Shown here: positions 6,792-15,475 of the stretch, in pieces
Position numbering within the stretch: position 1 is the first letter of the stretch
Layout of the letters: the number at the start of each line of letters is the position of its first letter
Assembly (NCBI RefSeq): GCF_016806735.1
Contig: NZ_CP060530.1
Coordinates: forward strand, 210,001 to 242,000
Length of the DNA stretch: 32,000 nt
Direction: 5' to 3'
Origin: Candidatus Micrarchaeum sp.
Lineage (GTDB): Archaea > Micrarchaeota > Micrarchaeia > Micrarchaeales > Micrarchaeaceae
Translations under genes and position numbers: made by a program
The notes under the pieces: model-generated
What the model saw: only the letters and a program-made list of their open reading frames with translations
What the model was told of the DNA's origin: nothing
Databases searched by the model: none

Positions 6792-7373
6792 TCATGCGGT
6801 AGTGCGATTCCTGAGTGCCTTAGCGCATGCGCTGTCCATGTCTTCTGGCGCAGCGATAGTTACCAAATTATTTACTCCTTTGATGAAGAATCCTGCAACT
6901 CTGTTGTAATCGGTGCGTATCAATACGGATCTTATGCCCTTCCTTGCCGCATTTATCACGACATTTGGTTTGTCGTCGAGCAGAAGCGCAGGCTTTTCGC
7001 CGTTGTGCTCTGCGTATTTATACCTGTCCTCGGTAAGCTCCACGCTGGCATCTATCCCGTAGCGCTTCAGAACGGATTTTATTCTTTCTGCGCCAGATGT
7101 CCCTATCCTCTTGTTTGCCGTCCTAACTATTACATCAAACCCTGAATCGTAAACCGTTTTCAGGGCTTTGACTACCTGCATGTTGAGCCCCTTTTCGACG
7201 TCTATGTGCTTTGCAACGGAATCGACTACAGAAGGTATCCTGTCAAGGGCGTTGAATATGAGCTCCTTGAACACATGCTCTGTGCCAGAATCTTCACGCC
7301 TGAGAAACTTGCCAAAAGTTTCATGGACATCGTCCACCAGACATCCGTCCAAATCTACTACAACAAAAGCCAT
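6792..7373 (-). CDS. HAD-superfamily hydrolase-like protein (capless, small)
   Basis: MAFVVVDLDGCLVDD carries HAD motif I (DxDx) at the N-terminus. VIVRTANK is motif II-like and LLLDDKPN is motif IV-like. I prefer ATG 7373; the track start at 7385 is a TTG four codons upstream. Confidence 0.6.
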   Translation of the reverse strand: MAFVVVDLDGCLVDDVHETFGKFLRREDSGTEHVFKELIFNALDRIPSVVDSVAKHIDVEKGLNMQVVKALKTVYDSGFDVIVRTANKRIGTSGAERIKSVLKRYGIDASVELTEDRYKYAEHNGEKPALLLDDKPNVVINAARKGIRSVLIRTDYNRVAGFFIKGVNNLVTIAAPEDMDSACAKALRNRTTA

Positions 7374-7514
7374 GTTGGTCAGCAAGTAATTTTTAATGCA
7401 GGTTTAAATTGCACTGCTGCCACTACGTCTATCGTCAAAGTGCATGTACGATGTGCATGTCGGCGTTATAATGGCAAAGGCAAGCAATAAATAAACCTAA
7501 AGGCAATCAATATT

Positions 7515-8666
7515 ATGCCTGATATCGATCAAAGCGTGCAGAGCTTGGCAAGGACGATGTTCAGAGAGTTTTACCGGAAGCACCCTATCACGATAAGCAA
7601 TCTGACGAAAAGAGAGTTCGGGTTTGGCACGTTCGACAAGAAAATAGCCAAGAGGCACATGGCCTTCAACAACGCCGAGTCGCTCAACAGGTACATAGAC
7701 GCAAACTCTCCAGCTTTCATATCTGCATCTCCTGCATTCTACGAAAATCCTTCCGGCAGGCCCATGGAGACCAAGGGCTGGCTCGGGAGCGAGCTGGTTT
7801 TTGACCTGGACGCTTCGGATCTGCACCTCGAGTGCCAGAAGCGGCACGGAACTTCCTGGGTGTGCCCGAACTGCCTTCACGAGGTTAAGCGCGAAGCCTT
7901 CAAGCTCATAGAGGAATTCCTGATTCCTGATTTCGGGTTTTCCAACAAGGAGATAAAGATAAACTTCAGCGGCAACAGGGGCTACCACATAATAATAGGC
8001 TCAGAGTCGGTGCTCACACTTGACGAGGCATCCAGGAGCGAGATAAGCGACTACGTGACAGGCAGGGGATTGGAGCCGGAAAGCTTTTTTCCCAACATAG
8101 CCGACAAAAGCTCAAGGCTGCAGGGCCCGAAGCCGAACGACCCTGGATGGGGAGGCAGGATGGCCAGGTCGCTCGTAACAGCTCTTAACGCCGGCGAAAC
8201 GCAGCTGCAGGCCCTTGGCATGACCAGGCAGTTGGCGCGCAAGATGTACCTGAACAAACCAAGCATAGTGCTGGGAATAACTACTGGAAACTGGGACAAG
8301 GTCAGCATACCGAAGAAGGATGAGTTCTGGAGAAAGGTGGCCGAGAGCATGACGATAAAACAGAGCGATTCGATAGACAGCAACGTCACAAAGAATCCGC
8401 AGCACCTGCTGGGCATGGCCGACACGCTGCACGGAGGCACAGGCCTGGTGGCAAAATCCGTAGAAAGCGTATCTGCTTTTGAGAGGTTCGACCCGATGAA
8501 AGATTGCATAGCCTTCGAGAAGGGCGAAACGCTAGTTGTGGCAGACACAAAGGAAAAGCTCACAATGAATGGAATGGAGTATGGGCCTTTCGAAAACAAG
8601 AAGGCAGTGCTGCCAAACTATGCGGCCATGTATCTGCTTCTCAAAGGTGTCGCAAAGCTTCCCTAA
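7515..8666 (+). CDS. priS: DNA primase small (catalytic) subunit PriS
   Basis: 383 aa. It has the catalytic LVFDLDASD, a zinc knuckle CQKRHGTSWVCPNC, and NFSGNRGYHIII. All are hallmarks of archaeo-eukaryotic primase. Confidence 0.92.
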   Translation: MPDIDQSVQSLARTMFREFYRKHPITISNLTKREFGFGTFDKKIAKRHMAFNNAESLNRYIDANSPAFISASPAFYENPSGRPMETKGWLGSELVFDLDASDLHLECQKRHGTSWVCPNCLHEVKREAFKLIEEFLIPDFGFSNKEIKINFSGNRGYHIIIGSESVLTLDEASRSEISDYVTGRGLEPESFFPNIADKSSRLQGPKPNDPGWGGRMARSLVTALNAGETQLQALGMTRQLARKMYLNKPSIVLGITTGNWDKVSIPKKDEFWRKVAESMTIKQSDSIDSNVTKNPQHLLGMADTLHGGTGLVAKSVESVSAFERFDPMKDCIAFEKGETLVVADTKEKLTMNGMEYGPFENKKAVLPNYAAMYLLLKGVAKLP

Positions 8667-8732
8667 TTCGGCATTCCAAGCAGCCAATGATATAGTTTTT
8701 TAATTGCTTTATTCCATATTTTTAATGATAAG

Positions 8733-9953
8733 ATGGCTGAAAGGCTCCTTGTGCTTGCTGTAGATATAGACAACGACCTCTACAGGAAGACAAAGATAAG
8801 CGGGCCCGTAATAGGGAGAAACGAGATAATAAGGGCAGCGACCAAGCTGGCGCTGGCAGACCCGCAGGAGACCGACGCCAATACAATGTTCGAGGCAGTA
8901 AAGAAGTACGACGAGCTCAAGGCTAAAAAGTATTCGGTGAGGGTCGCAACGATAACCGGTGCAGAGGACGAAAGCTTCCAGGCCGACAATGAGCTTTCCA
9001 GGCAGATAGACCTTCTAATGGAAAGGTTCAGGCCAGATGCGTGCGTGCTTGTTACCGACGGTGCAAGCGATCAGCGCGTGCTTCCGCTTCTCAAGAGCAG
9101 GCTAAAAGTGAACAGCGTAGACTTGGTCAGGATGAAGCAGGCAGAGCAGCTGGAGAATACATATTTCACCATAATAGAGAAGCTCAAGGAGCCCCACTAC
9201 GCAAGGGCGGTCTTTGGAATACCTGCTGTGCTTTTGCTGCTGTTTGCAATAAGCTATTACCTAAATCTGGGGTGGCAGTTCCCCGTTGCGCTCATAGGGT
9301 TGTACCTTCTAATCAAGGGCTTCGGTCTTGAGGATTATTTCATATCTTCGGTAAAAGGCCTGGGCTTCAGCGTCAGCCGGGTGACATTCACGCTCTACAT
9401 GGCTTCGCTATTGTTCTTCATAATAAGCATAGTGCTGGGATATGGGGGCTATGTGCATTCGCTTACGATAACAAAGGATCCGCTGACGCAGGTTTCCTAC
9501 GCCATTGAAAATCTTTTGCTGCTGCTTCCCGTGAGCCTTGTGCTATACTTGATAGGCAGGATGATAGATCTAGAGAGCAGGCACTACAGGTATAGGGCCA
9601 TAAACCAGGGAACCTACATGGGCTATGCAGTAGTGACGCTGGCCCTGATATATTTGGTATCTGCATGGTTCATAGGGCAGATATACTTCTACCAGCTCCT
9701 GGTCTTCAGCGTTATAATGATAATACTGGGATATGTAATATCATATTCAAGCACTATGCTCAAGAGGCATGCCGTCAGGAAGGCAAGGCTCAAGGACAAG
9801 AACGTGATAAACGACATAGGGGCATACATAGGCAAGGTCACGAGCATAGATTCGAAGCGTGGCTACATGATGGTAAAAACCGAATACGGCTCGACGCTCA
9901 GGTTTGACATCGACAGGATAACGAGCGTTTCAGACAAGATAATAATAAGGTAA
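8733..9953 (+). CDS. Archaeal integral membrane protein, DUF373-like
   Basis: 406 aa. The N-terminal soluble domain LLVLAVDIDNDLYRKTKISGPVIGRNEIIRAATKLALADPQETDANTMFEAVKKYDEL resembles the DUF373 signature. It is followed by about 6 hydrophobic helices and a short C-terminal soluble domain. Confidence 0.65.
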   Translation: MAERLLVLAVDIDNDLYRKTKISGPVIGRNEIIRAATKLALADPQETDANTMFEAVKKYDELKAKKYSVRVATITGAEDESFQADNELSRQIDLLMERFRPDACVLVTDGASDQRVLPLLKSRLKVNSVDLVRMKQAEQLENTYFTIIEKLKEPHYARAVFGIPAVLLLLFAISYYLNLGWQFPVALIGLYLLIKGFGLEDYFISSVKGLGFSVSRVTFTLYMASLLFFIISIVLGYGGYVHSLTITKDPLTQVSYAIENLLLLLPVSLVLYLIGRMIDLESRHYRYRAINQGTYMGYAVVTLALIYLVSAWFIGQIYFYQLLVFSVIMIILGYVISYSSTMLKRHAVRKARLKDKNVINDIGAYIGKVTSIDSKRGYMMVKTEYGSTLRFDIDRITSVSDKIIIR

Positions 9954-9981
9954 ATGGCACGCAGTTCAAGCGGTGTATTCA

Positions 9982-10302
9982 ATGTCAAAATCGAAACAGC
10001 AAATGGAAAACGACCGGATATTGTACCTCCTAGCCTATGTCTTCACGATAATATCCGGGGCTATAATATACCTGTTTTTCTCCAAGGACAACAAACAGCT
10101 CAAGCTCCATTCGGAGCAGGCAATAATACTTGGCGTAATAATAATCGTTGTAGAAGCGGTGCTCTTTCTTGTGCCATATATAGCCGGCATAATCGGGCTT
10201 CTCATATGGCTATACGGCATTTATGTCGGCTTCGAGGCATATATGGGCAACAATGTCAAAATACCCTACATCACAGATTTCGTAAGGTCCAATGGCTTAT
10301 GA
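9982..10302 (+). CDS. Small membrane protein, DUF4870-like
   Basis: About 106 aa with three hydrophobic helices. The YLLAYVFTIISGAIIYLFFSKDNKQLKLHSEQAII pattern resembles DUF4870. I prefer ATG 9982 over GTG 9973. Confidence 0.55.
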   Translation: MSKSKQQMENDRILYLLAYVFTIISGAIIYLFFSKDNKQLKLHSEQAIILGVIIIVVEAVLFLVPYIAGIIGLLIWLYGIYVGFEAYMGNNVKIPYITDFVRSNGL

Positions 10303-10355
10303 AAAAATTGGAAAACTATATATATTAAAATTAGAGAAATCGCTATGGTGTCAAT

Positions 10356-11216
10356 GTGCCTGCATACAAATACGCTAATGTGCAGGAATCAAGCCTAAAA
10401 TTCAGGATTGATTCCGGCCAGCTTCTTGGGAAATTGAGCTCAACCTCGCCGAAAATGGCAGAGTTTCTGAAAGACACGGACTACATAATCGCCCTAAGGG
10501 ATCTCGCAGGAATTTCCGGAGCCAATGCCAAAAGCCACGAAGTGCACGAAATAGAAAATGAAGAATTGTTCTCCATGCTAAGGCGTGCAAGGGACAAATC
10601 CGGAAATCAGGTGTATAAGGATGCGCACTTTTCGGTAGAGCAGCATGATGCAGACAGCATATACGGAATACAGACATTCATAAGCGTAGACAAGCTTGCC
10701 GAATCTGAGAAAAGAGACATATTTCTCAATGCCGTTGGCGCAACTGCATATCCAGAGGGCCGCAGCTACGCAATAAAAGCAAATTTTGGCGGAAAAACCT
10801 ACGCTTCCATACTTGTGCCGCCAGTAGTAATAGACTACAGGTCCAAGGATCTCGAAGGGCCCATCAAGATCGTGGAAGAAAGAATTGCCAAAGGCGACGC
10901 CATAAAGATAAAAGGCGTCGAAGGCACGGTCGAATTTGACATGGTAAGCGCCCTTGCAGATATAAAAAATACGATATCAAAAAGCGATACAGTCAGGACG
11001 GTTAAAGACGGCACCCACAGGACATATCTGGCATATCTGCTGAACAAAAAATTCAATGCCATAACAATAAGCAACCAGACCGAGCTGCCTACCAACATAC
11101 CCGTGCGATTCGGCATGATGGTAATGTCAAAAGAAAAGCCCAGGCCAGAAGACAGGTATCCAGGTTATACTCCAGCAGCAAATTCCGAGCTTAAGCAGTT
11201 CGGCATAGATTCGTGA
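10356..11216 (+). CDS. Hypothetical protein with a ParB/Srx (DGxHR)-like motif
   Basis: 286 aa with protein-like composition. The C-terminal half contains TVRTVKDGTHRTYLAYLLNKKFNAITI, which resembles the ParB N-domain / sulfiredoxin / DGQHR signature. The start is uncertain: GTG 10356 or ATG 10455. A TATA-like TATATATTAAAA lies at about 10317-10330. Confidence 0.6.
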   Translation: MPAYKYANVQESSLKFRIDSGQLLGKLSSTSPKMAEFLKDTDYIIALRDLAGISGANAKSHEVHEIENEELFSMLRRARDKSGNQVYKDAHFSVEQHDADSIYGIQTFISVDKLAESEKRDIFLNAVGATAYPEGRSYAIKANFGGKTYASILVPPVVIDYRSKDLEGPIKIVEERIAKGDAIKIKGVEGTVEFDMVSALADIKNTISKSDTVRTVKDGTHRTYLAYLLNKKFNAITISNQTELPTNIPVRFGMMVMSKEKPRPEDRYPGYTPAANSELKQFGIDS

Positions 11217-11770
11217 TAAGCTTGAAGCAAAAAATTCCCACGGTAAAAAAACCAACCCGCAGAAGCGCTGCAGTGGTGGATTTTGACAACACGCTGTTTT
11301 TCACAGACGAATGCACAATCATGGCTTCTAAGTCAATCTATGGCAGGCGCATGCCTGTAGAAGAGATAAGGTCCCTTCCGAAGCCAGAAAAGCACAGGAT
11401 CTACAGGCTCGGATTCGAAAAATACCACAGTAAAAGCAGGCCAAATACATTTATAATAAGAAAGCTCAAGAAGAGCGATGCAGAGCTGATATTGCTGACT
11501 GCCAGGACAAAGGAGGATTCCAAAACTATAATGTCCCTTATCGCATCCAGTGGCCTCGAGTTTGACCGCCTTATCTTCAGGCCAAAGAAATATCTTTTCG
11601 GCCACGACGAAGAATGGAAGCTTGGGGTATTGAGCAAGATTTCTAAGAAGTATGACGATATAGAGTTTTATGAAGACAAGATTGAAAACATAATGCACGC
11701 AAAAAGCGGCCTTCCGGACCAAAAAATCAAGTACTTCAGAGTTTCAGGAGCTTCGATAAATAGGGTATGA
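11213..11770 (+). CDS. HAD-superfamily phosphatase-like protein (capless)
   Basis: 185 aa. AAVVDFDNTLFF is motif I (DxDxT). LILLTARTKED is motif II. IEFYEDKIEN is motif IV-like. The GTG start overlaps the upstream stop (GTGA at 11213-11216). No in-frame ATG precedes motif I. Confidence 0.65.
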   Translation: MISLKQKIPTVKKPTRRSAAVVDFDNTLFFTDECTIMASKSIYGRRMPVEEIRSLPKPEKHRIYRLGFEKYHSKSRPNTFIIRKLKKSDAELILLTARTKEDSKTIMSLIASSGLEFDRLIFRPKKYLFGHDEEWKLGVLSKISKKYDDIEFYEDKIENIMHAKSGLPDQKIKYFRVSGASINRV

Positions 11771-11840
11771 CCAAAACGGCTGCTCCAGCTACTTTTCATA
11801 ATATATAAAGGCTGCGGCTTTGTTCTAATCTCCTGTAATG

Positions 11841-11850
11841 CTTAAATATC
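11841..11850 (+). promoter_or_regulatory. Candidate TATA box (CTTAAATATC) for a leaderless transcript of the 11872 ORF
   Basis: This AT-rich box is centred about 26 nt upstream of ATG 11872, and no SD-like motif lies between them. Confidence 0.35.
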
Positions 11851-11871
11851 TGGAAAAGCGGATATTATACC

Positions 11872-12486
11872 ATGGCATTTGTTAGAAAGGATAGGGTAAG
11901 CGTAAAGATTGTCGATACTAAAAAGGCAGAGGAGCTGCTGTCATATTTTATAGATGTGGCTTTGCATACAAACAAATCCATATCGGAGCTTGCCGCCGAT
12001 GACACAAAAAAGTTAAGCAGGGGAATGCTAAAAGTGGAATCAAAACCCGAAGACATAGACGTTTTCTACAAGCTGCGCGACTTTGAACTCGATAGGCTGG
12101 GATATGAAATCGGTGCATTACACCTGATGTACAAGGCCCTAAAGCGCTCGGAATTTAGCGATGACCATAAGGATACGCTCAAATTCATAAAACAGCTCCA
12201 AAAGGATTTGCGCGTGCGCGCCACATCCAAGCTTGGCCAAATGGAAGAAGCCAAGTTCAAGGCCGACCTTGCAGCAGATGGCATGCTGCAGATAACAATA
12301 AACCTGAAGCGCAGCCTGTTGCCTGAAAGCACGCTCAATGTGGACAAGAAGATGCAGATTGACTCTTATATAGGCATTGCCCGCACCTACGAGAACGGCC
12401 TCACCAATTCTTTCGCACGCTACATAGAAAAGCTAAGGGAAAGCAGCGAAGTCGAATACCTGAAGCTCAGGTTTAAAAGGGAATAA
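11872..12486 (+). CDS. Hypothetical protein, predicted mostly alpha-helical
   Basis: 204 aa. The only long ORF here with protein-like, K/E/L-rich composition (MAFVRKDRVSVKIVDTKKAEELLSYF...). I recognise no motif. Confidence 0.55.
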   Translation: MAFVRKDRVSVKIVDTKKAEELLSYFIDVALHTNKSISELAADDTKKLSRGMLKVESKPEDIDVFYKLRDFELDRLGYEIGALHLMYKALKRSEFSDDHKDTLKFIKQLQKDLRVRATSKLGQMEEAKFKADLAADGMLQITINLKRSLLPESTLNVDKKMQIDSYIGIARTYENGLTNSFARYIEKLRESSEVEYLKLRFKRE

Positions 12487-12512
12487 TCCCAATTAAGCCC
12501 TGCGGTGCTTGC

Positions 12513-12845
12513 TTGAAAAGTCCCAAAAGAAGCCCTGAGAAAGCCTTGGAACCTGAATACAGCAACAAGAACATAGTGCTACAGGAGCTGATAGGGCTCA
12601 GGGTAAGAATCAAAAGTTCGGATGATTCAAGCAGGGAAGGCATATCCGGCACGGTCATAGACGAAACAAAGTCCACTCTTGTAATTAAAAAATCTGATAA
12701 AACGGTAAGGGTGCCGAAAGTCGGGACGGTTTTCGCGTTCAGATGCGGAAGGAAAAGCTTCATTGTCGACGGAAAAGAGATAAATTTCAGGCCCCACGAG
12801 CGCATAAGCAAGGGTCTTAAGTTCTACAAGGCGCGAAGCGTATGA
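12513..12845 (+). CDS. rnp1: RNase P protein component 1 (Rpp29/Pop4)
   Basis: LIGLRVRIKSSDDSSREGISGTVIDETKSTLVIKKSDKTVRVPK is the Rpp29 Sm-like barrel signature. The gene sits just before S17, as in archaeal r-protein clusters. The ORF has no in-frame ATG, so a TTG start at 12513 is likely. Confidence 0.85.
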   Translation: MKSPKRSPEKALEPEYSNKNIVLQELIGLRVRIKSSDDSSREGISGTVIDETKSTLVIKKSDKTVRVPKVGTVFAFRCGRKSFIVDGKEINFRPHERISKGLKFYKARSV

Positions 12846-12974
12846 TTTTTATATATTATACATCTAATAATTAACTGCAATTTTATTGCTTTTCGGCTCT
12901 TGGCGTTTTTTGCCTAGGCCAACTGCTACGGTGGCACCCTTATTCGTGCCTTTAAAAGTTTGCAGAGTGATTAA

Positions 12975-13271
12975 TTGGAATGCGAAGACCCTAAATGCCC
13001 GATACACGGCAGCGTCAAGACGCACGGCAGCAGCATAGAAGCTGTCGTAGTCAGCGACAAGGCTGCCAAAACAGTGATAGTGGAAAGGCCATACACGACC
13101 TTCCTGAAGAAATACGAGCGTTCGCTTAGGAAGTCATCGCGCATACCTGCCTACAATCCCCAGTGCATAGGGGCAAAGGCGGGAGACACTGTTATCGTTG
13201 AGGGCTGCAGGAGGCTCAGCAAGACGAAGTCCTTCGTGGTCACTAAGATAGTAAAGAAATCAGGTGCTTGA
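12975..13271 (+). CDS. rps17: 30S ribosomal protein S17 (uS17)
   Basis: ECEDPKCPIHGSVKTHGSSIEAVVVSDKAAKTVIVERPY...SKTKSFVV. The TTG start is forced: an in-frame TAA lies at 12972-12974, and no other start codon precedes the conserved CxDxxCPxHG. Confidence 0.93.
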   Translation: MECEDPKCPIHGSVKTHGSSIEAVVVSDKAAKTVIVERPYTTFLKKYERSLRKSSRIPAYNPQCIGAKAGDTVIVEGCRRLSKTKSFVVTKIVKKSGA

Positions 13272-13272
13272 A

Positions 13273-13671
13273 ATGAAAGGCATTACCACTAACATATCAA
13301 AAACATTGGTACCGGGCAGCATACTTACATGCGCGGACAACAGCGGCGCCAAGACGCTAATGATAATAAACAAGATAGGAAAGTCCGGCGCGCACAAGAG
13401 GATGGCAAGCAACGGCATAGGCGATATAGTGCTGGCAAGCGTAAAGAGCGGCTCTCCGCAATACATAAAAAAGAAGGTCAGGGCCGTCATAATAAGGCAG
13501 AGGCAGCCAATAAGGCGCGCCAACGGCATGAGGATCAGGTTTGAGGACAACGCGGCAATACTAATAAACGACACCAATCTTCCGATAGCCACTGAGGTAA
13601 AGGGGGCTATGGCCAGGGAAGTTGTCGAAAGGTACATAAAGCTGGCAGGCATAGCTTCAAGAGTGGTATGA
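13273..13671 (+). CDS. rpl14: 50S ribosomal protein L14 (uL14)
   Basis: LTCADNSGAKTLMII...GDIVLASVKSGSP...VRAVIIRQRQPIRRANGMRIRFEDNAAILIN is typical uL14. ATG 13273 lies just after the S17 stop. Confidence 0.95.
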   Translation: MKGITTNISKTLVPGSILTCADNSGAKTLMIINKIGKSGAHKRMASNGIGDIVLASVKSGSPQYIKKKVRAVIIRQRQPIRRANGMRIRFEDNAAILINDTNLPIATEVKGAMAREVVERYIKLAGIASRVV

Positions 13672-14102
13672 TGATCAAAAGCAGCAAGCCCAGAAAGCAG
13701 AGGAAATTCAGGCATACGGCGCCACTGCACCAGATGCAGCACATGGCACATGCCCACATAAGCAAGGAACTCAGGCAAAAGCTAAAGATAGCAAAAAGAA
13801 CCATACAGGTGTCGAAGGGCGACACGGTAAAGCTGGTCTCAGGAAAGAAAAAGGGAACCTCCGGAAAGGTCGTCAACGTTGACCTAAGGAAGGGAAAGCT
13901 CTCTATAGACTCTATGAACAGGAAGGACGTGAAGGGAAAGGAAAAGCCTGTCTTCGTAAGCATAAGCAACGTTTACATAACCGATCTGAACCTGTCGGAC
14001 AAGAAAAGGGCTCAAAAATTGAAAGTCGCTCCCACTACAAGCGCAAAGCCCAGCGTGGAAGCAAAAGACGTGATTCAAAATGGCAAACAAAGGGAACAAT
14101 AG
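13668..14102 (+). CDS. rpl24: 50S ribosomal protein L24 (uL24)
   Basis: SSKPRKQRK...HISKELRQKL..RTIQVSKGDTVKLVSGKKKGTSGKVVNVD carries the KOW motif. There is an ATGA overlap with the L14 stop. A C-terminal extension overlaps the S4e start. Confidence 0.93.
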   Translation: MMIKSSKPRKQRKFRHTAPLHQMQHMAHAHISKELRQKLKIAKRTIQVSKGDTVKLVSGKKKGTSGKVVNVDLRKGKLSIDSMNRKDVKGKEKPVFVSISNVYITDLNLSDKKRAQKLKVAPTTSAKPSVEAKDVIQNGKQREQ

Positions 14103-14763
14103 GCACATAAAGTCGCTCAACGCACCCAAATTCTTCGGGGTTGCAAAGAAGGGCAACAAGTACACCGCGAAGCAGAGGCCCGGAAGGCACAGCTTCGAAA
14201 AGTCGGCTCCTCTGCAGACGATTGTAAAGAAGACGTCTCTTTTTGCAGGGACTGCAGAGGCCGTGAAATCCATAAAGAACATGCAGATAGCAGTTAACGG
14301 CACAAAGGTCAAGGACCCGAAATATCCCGTTGGCCTTAACGACATAATAAGCATAGATACAATTGGCAAGAAATTTTCGATAAGCATAAACGGCCATGGG
14401 CAGGCAGTGCTTGAAGAGCAGAAGGGCCAGCCGGAAAGGAACGCCAAAGTCACTGGCAAGTACGTATACAGGAACAAGAAGCTCATGCTCAAGCTGCACG
14501 ATGGCAGCATAATACCTTCGCCAAACAATGACGTGAAGGTTGGCGACACAATCGCACTTTCAGAATCCAACGAGGTGAAGCAGCATTTTCCGCTGAAGGC
14601 GGGCGCAAAGTGCATGGTCATTGACGGGGTACACGTAGGAGCCAAAGGCAAGATTGCCAACATGGCAAAGGGGACTATGCATACCGGAGCAACGGCCACA
14701 GTCGAGCAGGAGAACGGGGAGAAATTCGACACTCTTGTCGAGAACCTCATAGTTATAGGTTGA
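14080..14763 (+). CDS. rps4e: 30S ribosomal protein S4e (eS4)
   Basis: GNNRHIKSLNAPKFFGVAKKGNKYTAKQRPGRHSFEKSAPLQ matches eS4. The position after L24 is canonical. Confidence 0.94.
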   Translation: MANKGNNRHIKSLNAPKFFGVAKKGNKYTAKQRPGRHSFEKSAPLQTIVKKTSLFAGTAEAVKSIKNMQIAVNGTKVKDPKYPVGLNDIISIDTIGKKFSISINGHGQAVLEEQKGQPERNAKVTGKYVYRNKKLMLKLHDGSIIPSPNNDVKVGDTIALSESNEVKQHFPLKAGAKCMVIDGVHVGAKGKIANMAKGTMHTGATATVEQENGEKFDTLVENLIVIG

Positions 14764-14768
14764 TTCCG

Positions 14769-15320
14769 ATGGCAGAGAAAGAAACAGGAGCAAGAAAGCA
14801 GGACAACCCAATGAGGCGCATAAGGATAAACAAGCTTGTGATAAACATAGGCACTGGAAACGATGACAAGCAGCAGTCAAATGCAAAGAGGCTGCTGCAG
14901 CAAATATCCGGGTTCAAGCCAGCGGATTCGATATCGACTAAAAGGATACCGTCATTCAAAATATCGAAAGGTGCCAAGATAGGCTCATTCGTAACAGTCA
15001 GGAATGAGCCGGCAAGGAAGCTCGCAAAGAGGCTGTTCGAGGCCGTAGGCAACAAGGTGGCCGAGCGCAGCATACAGGACAACACAGTGAACTTCGGCAT
15101 AAAGGAATACATAGACATAAATGGGATAAAGTACGACCCGGTTATAGGCATGCTTGGCATGAACGTCAACGTCTCGTTCAAGAGGCCAGGACTCAGAACC
15201 GAGCTCAAGAAGCGCGCCAACGGCGTAATAAAAAGGTCGCACAGGCGCATACCCAAGGAGGAGCTTAAATCATACTTGAAAAAGGAATTCGACGTAACCG
15301 TAGAGGGTGCTGCTCAATGA
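14769..15320 (+). CDS. rpl5: 50S ribosomal protein L5 (uL5)
   Basis: NPMRRIRINKLVINIGTG...FGIKEYIDI...GMLGMNVNVSF matches uL5. I prefer ATG 14769 over TTG 14760. Confidence 0.94.
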   Translation: MAEKETGARKQDNPMRRIRINKLVINIGTGNDDKQQSNAKRLLQQISGFKPADSISTKRIPSFKISKGAKIGSFVTVRNEPARKLAKRLFEAVGNKVAERSIQDNTVNFGIKEYIDINGIKYDPVIGMLGMNVNVSFKRPGLRTELKKRANGVIKRSHRRIPKEELKSYLKKEFDVTVEGAAQ

Positions 15321-15475
15321 AAGTTAGACCAGAAGAAAAATACAAGGGAAAAGGAACAAGAAAATGCAGGATATGCGGTGCAAGCCGCGCCCTGATACGC
15401 GAGCACGGGCTCTACGTATGCAAGAGATGCTTCAGAGAGGTGGCAAAGGACCTCAATTTCAAAAAATATGGCTGA
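15317..15475 (+). CDS. rps14: 30S ribosomal protein S14 (uS14, zinc-ribbon type), 52 aa
   Basis: Below the track cutoff; translated manually as MKVRPEEKYKGKGTRKCRICGASRALIREHGLYVCKRCFREVAKDLNFKKYG*. It has the CxxC...CxxC zinc ribbon. The start overlaps the L5 stop and the end overlaps the S8 start. Confidence 0.92.
   Translation: MKVRPEEKYKGKGTRKCRICGASRALIREHGLYVCKRCFREVAKDLNFKKYG

Noticed and set aside
7439-7459. A direct repeat GTGCATGT-N5-GTGCATGT in the HAD/priS divergent spacer, considered as an origin-recognition-box-like element.
   Set aside because: It is only 8 nt, has no resemblance to ORB or mini-ORB consensus, has no orc1/cdc6 nearby, and lacks an AT-rich unwinding element with flanking inverted repeats.
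9954-10328. A 124-aa ORF in an alternative frame, overlapping the DUF4870-like gene.
   Set aside because: Its Arg/Cys/Asn-rich translation does not look protein-like. The overlapping frame encodes a clean three-helix membrane protein.
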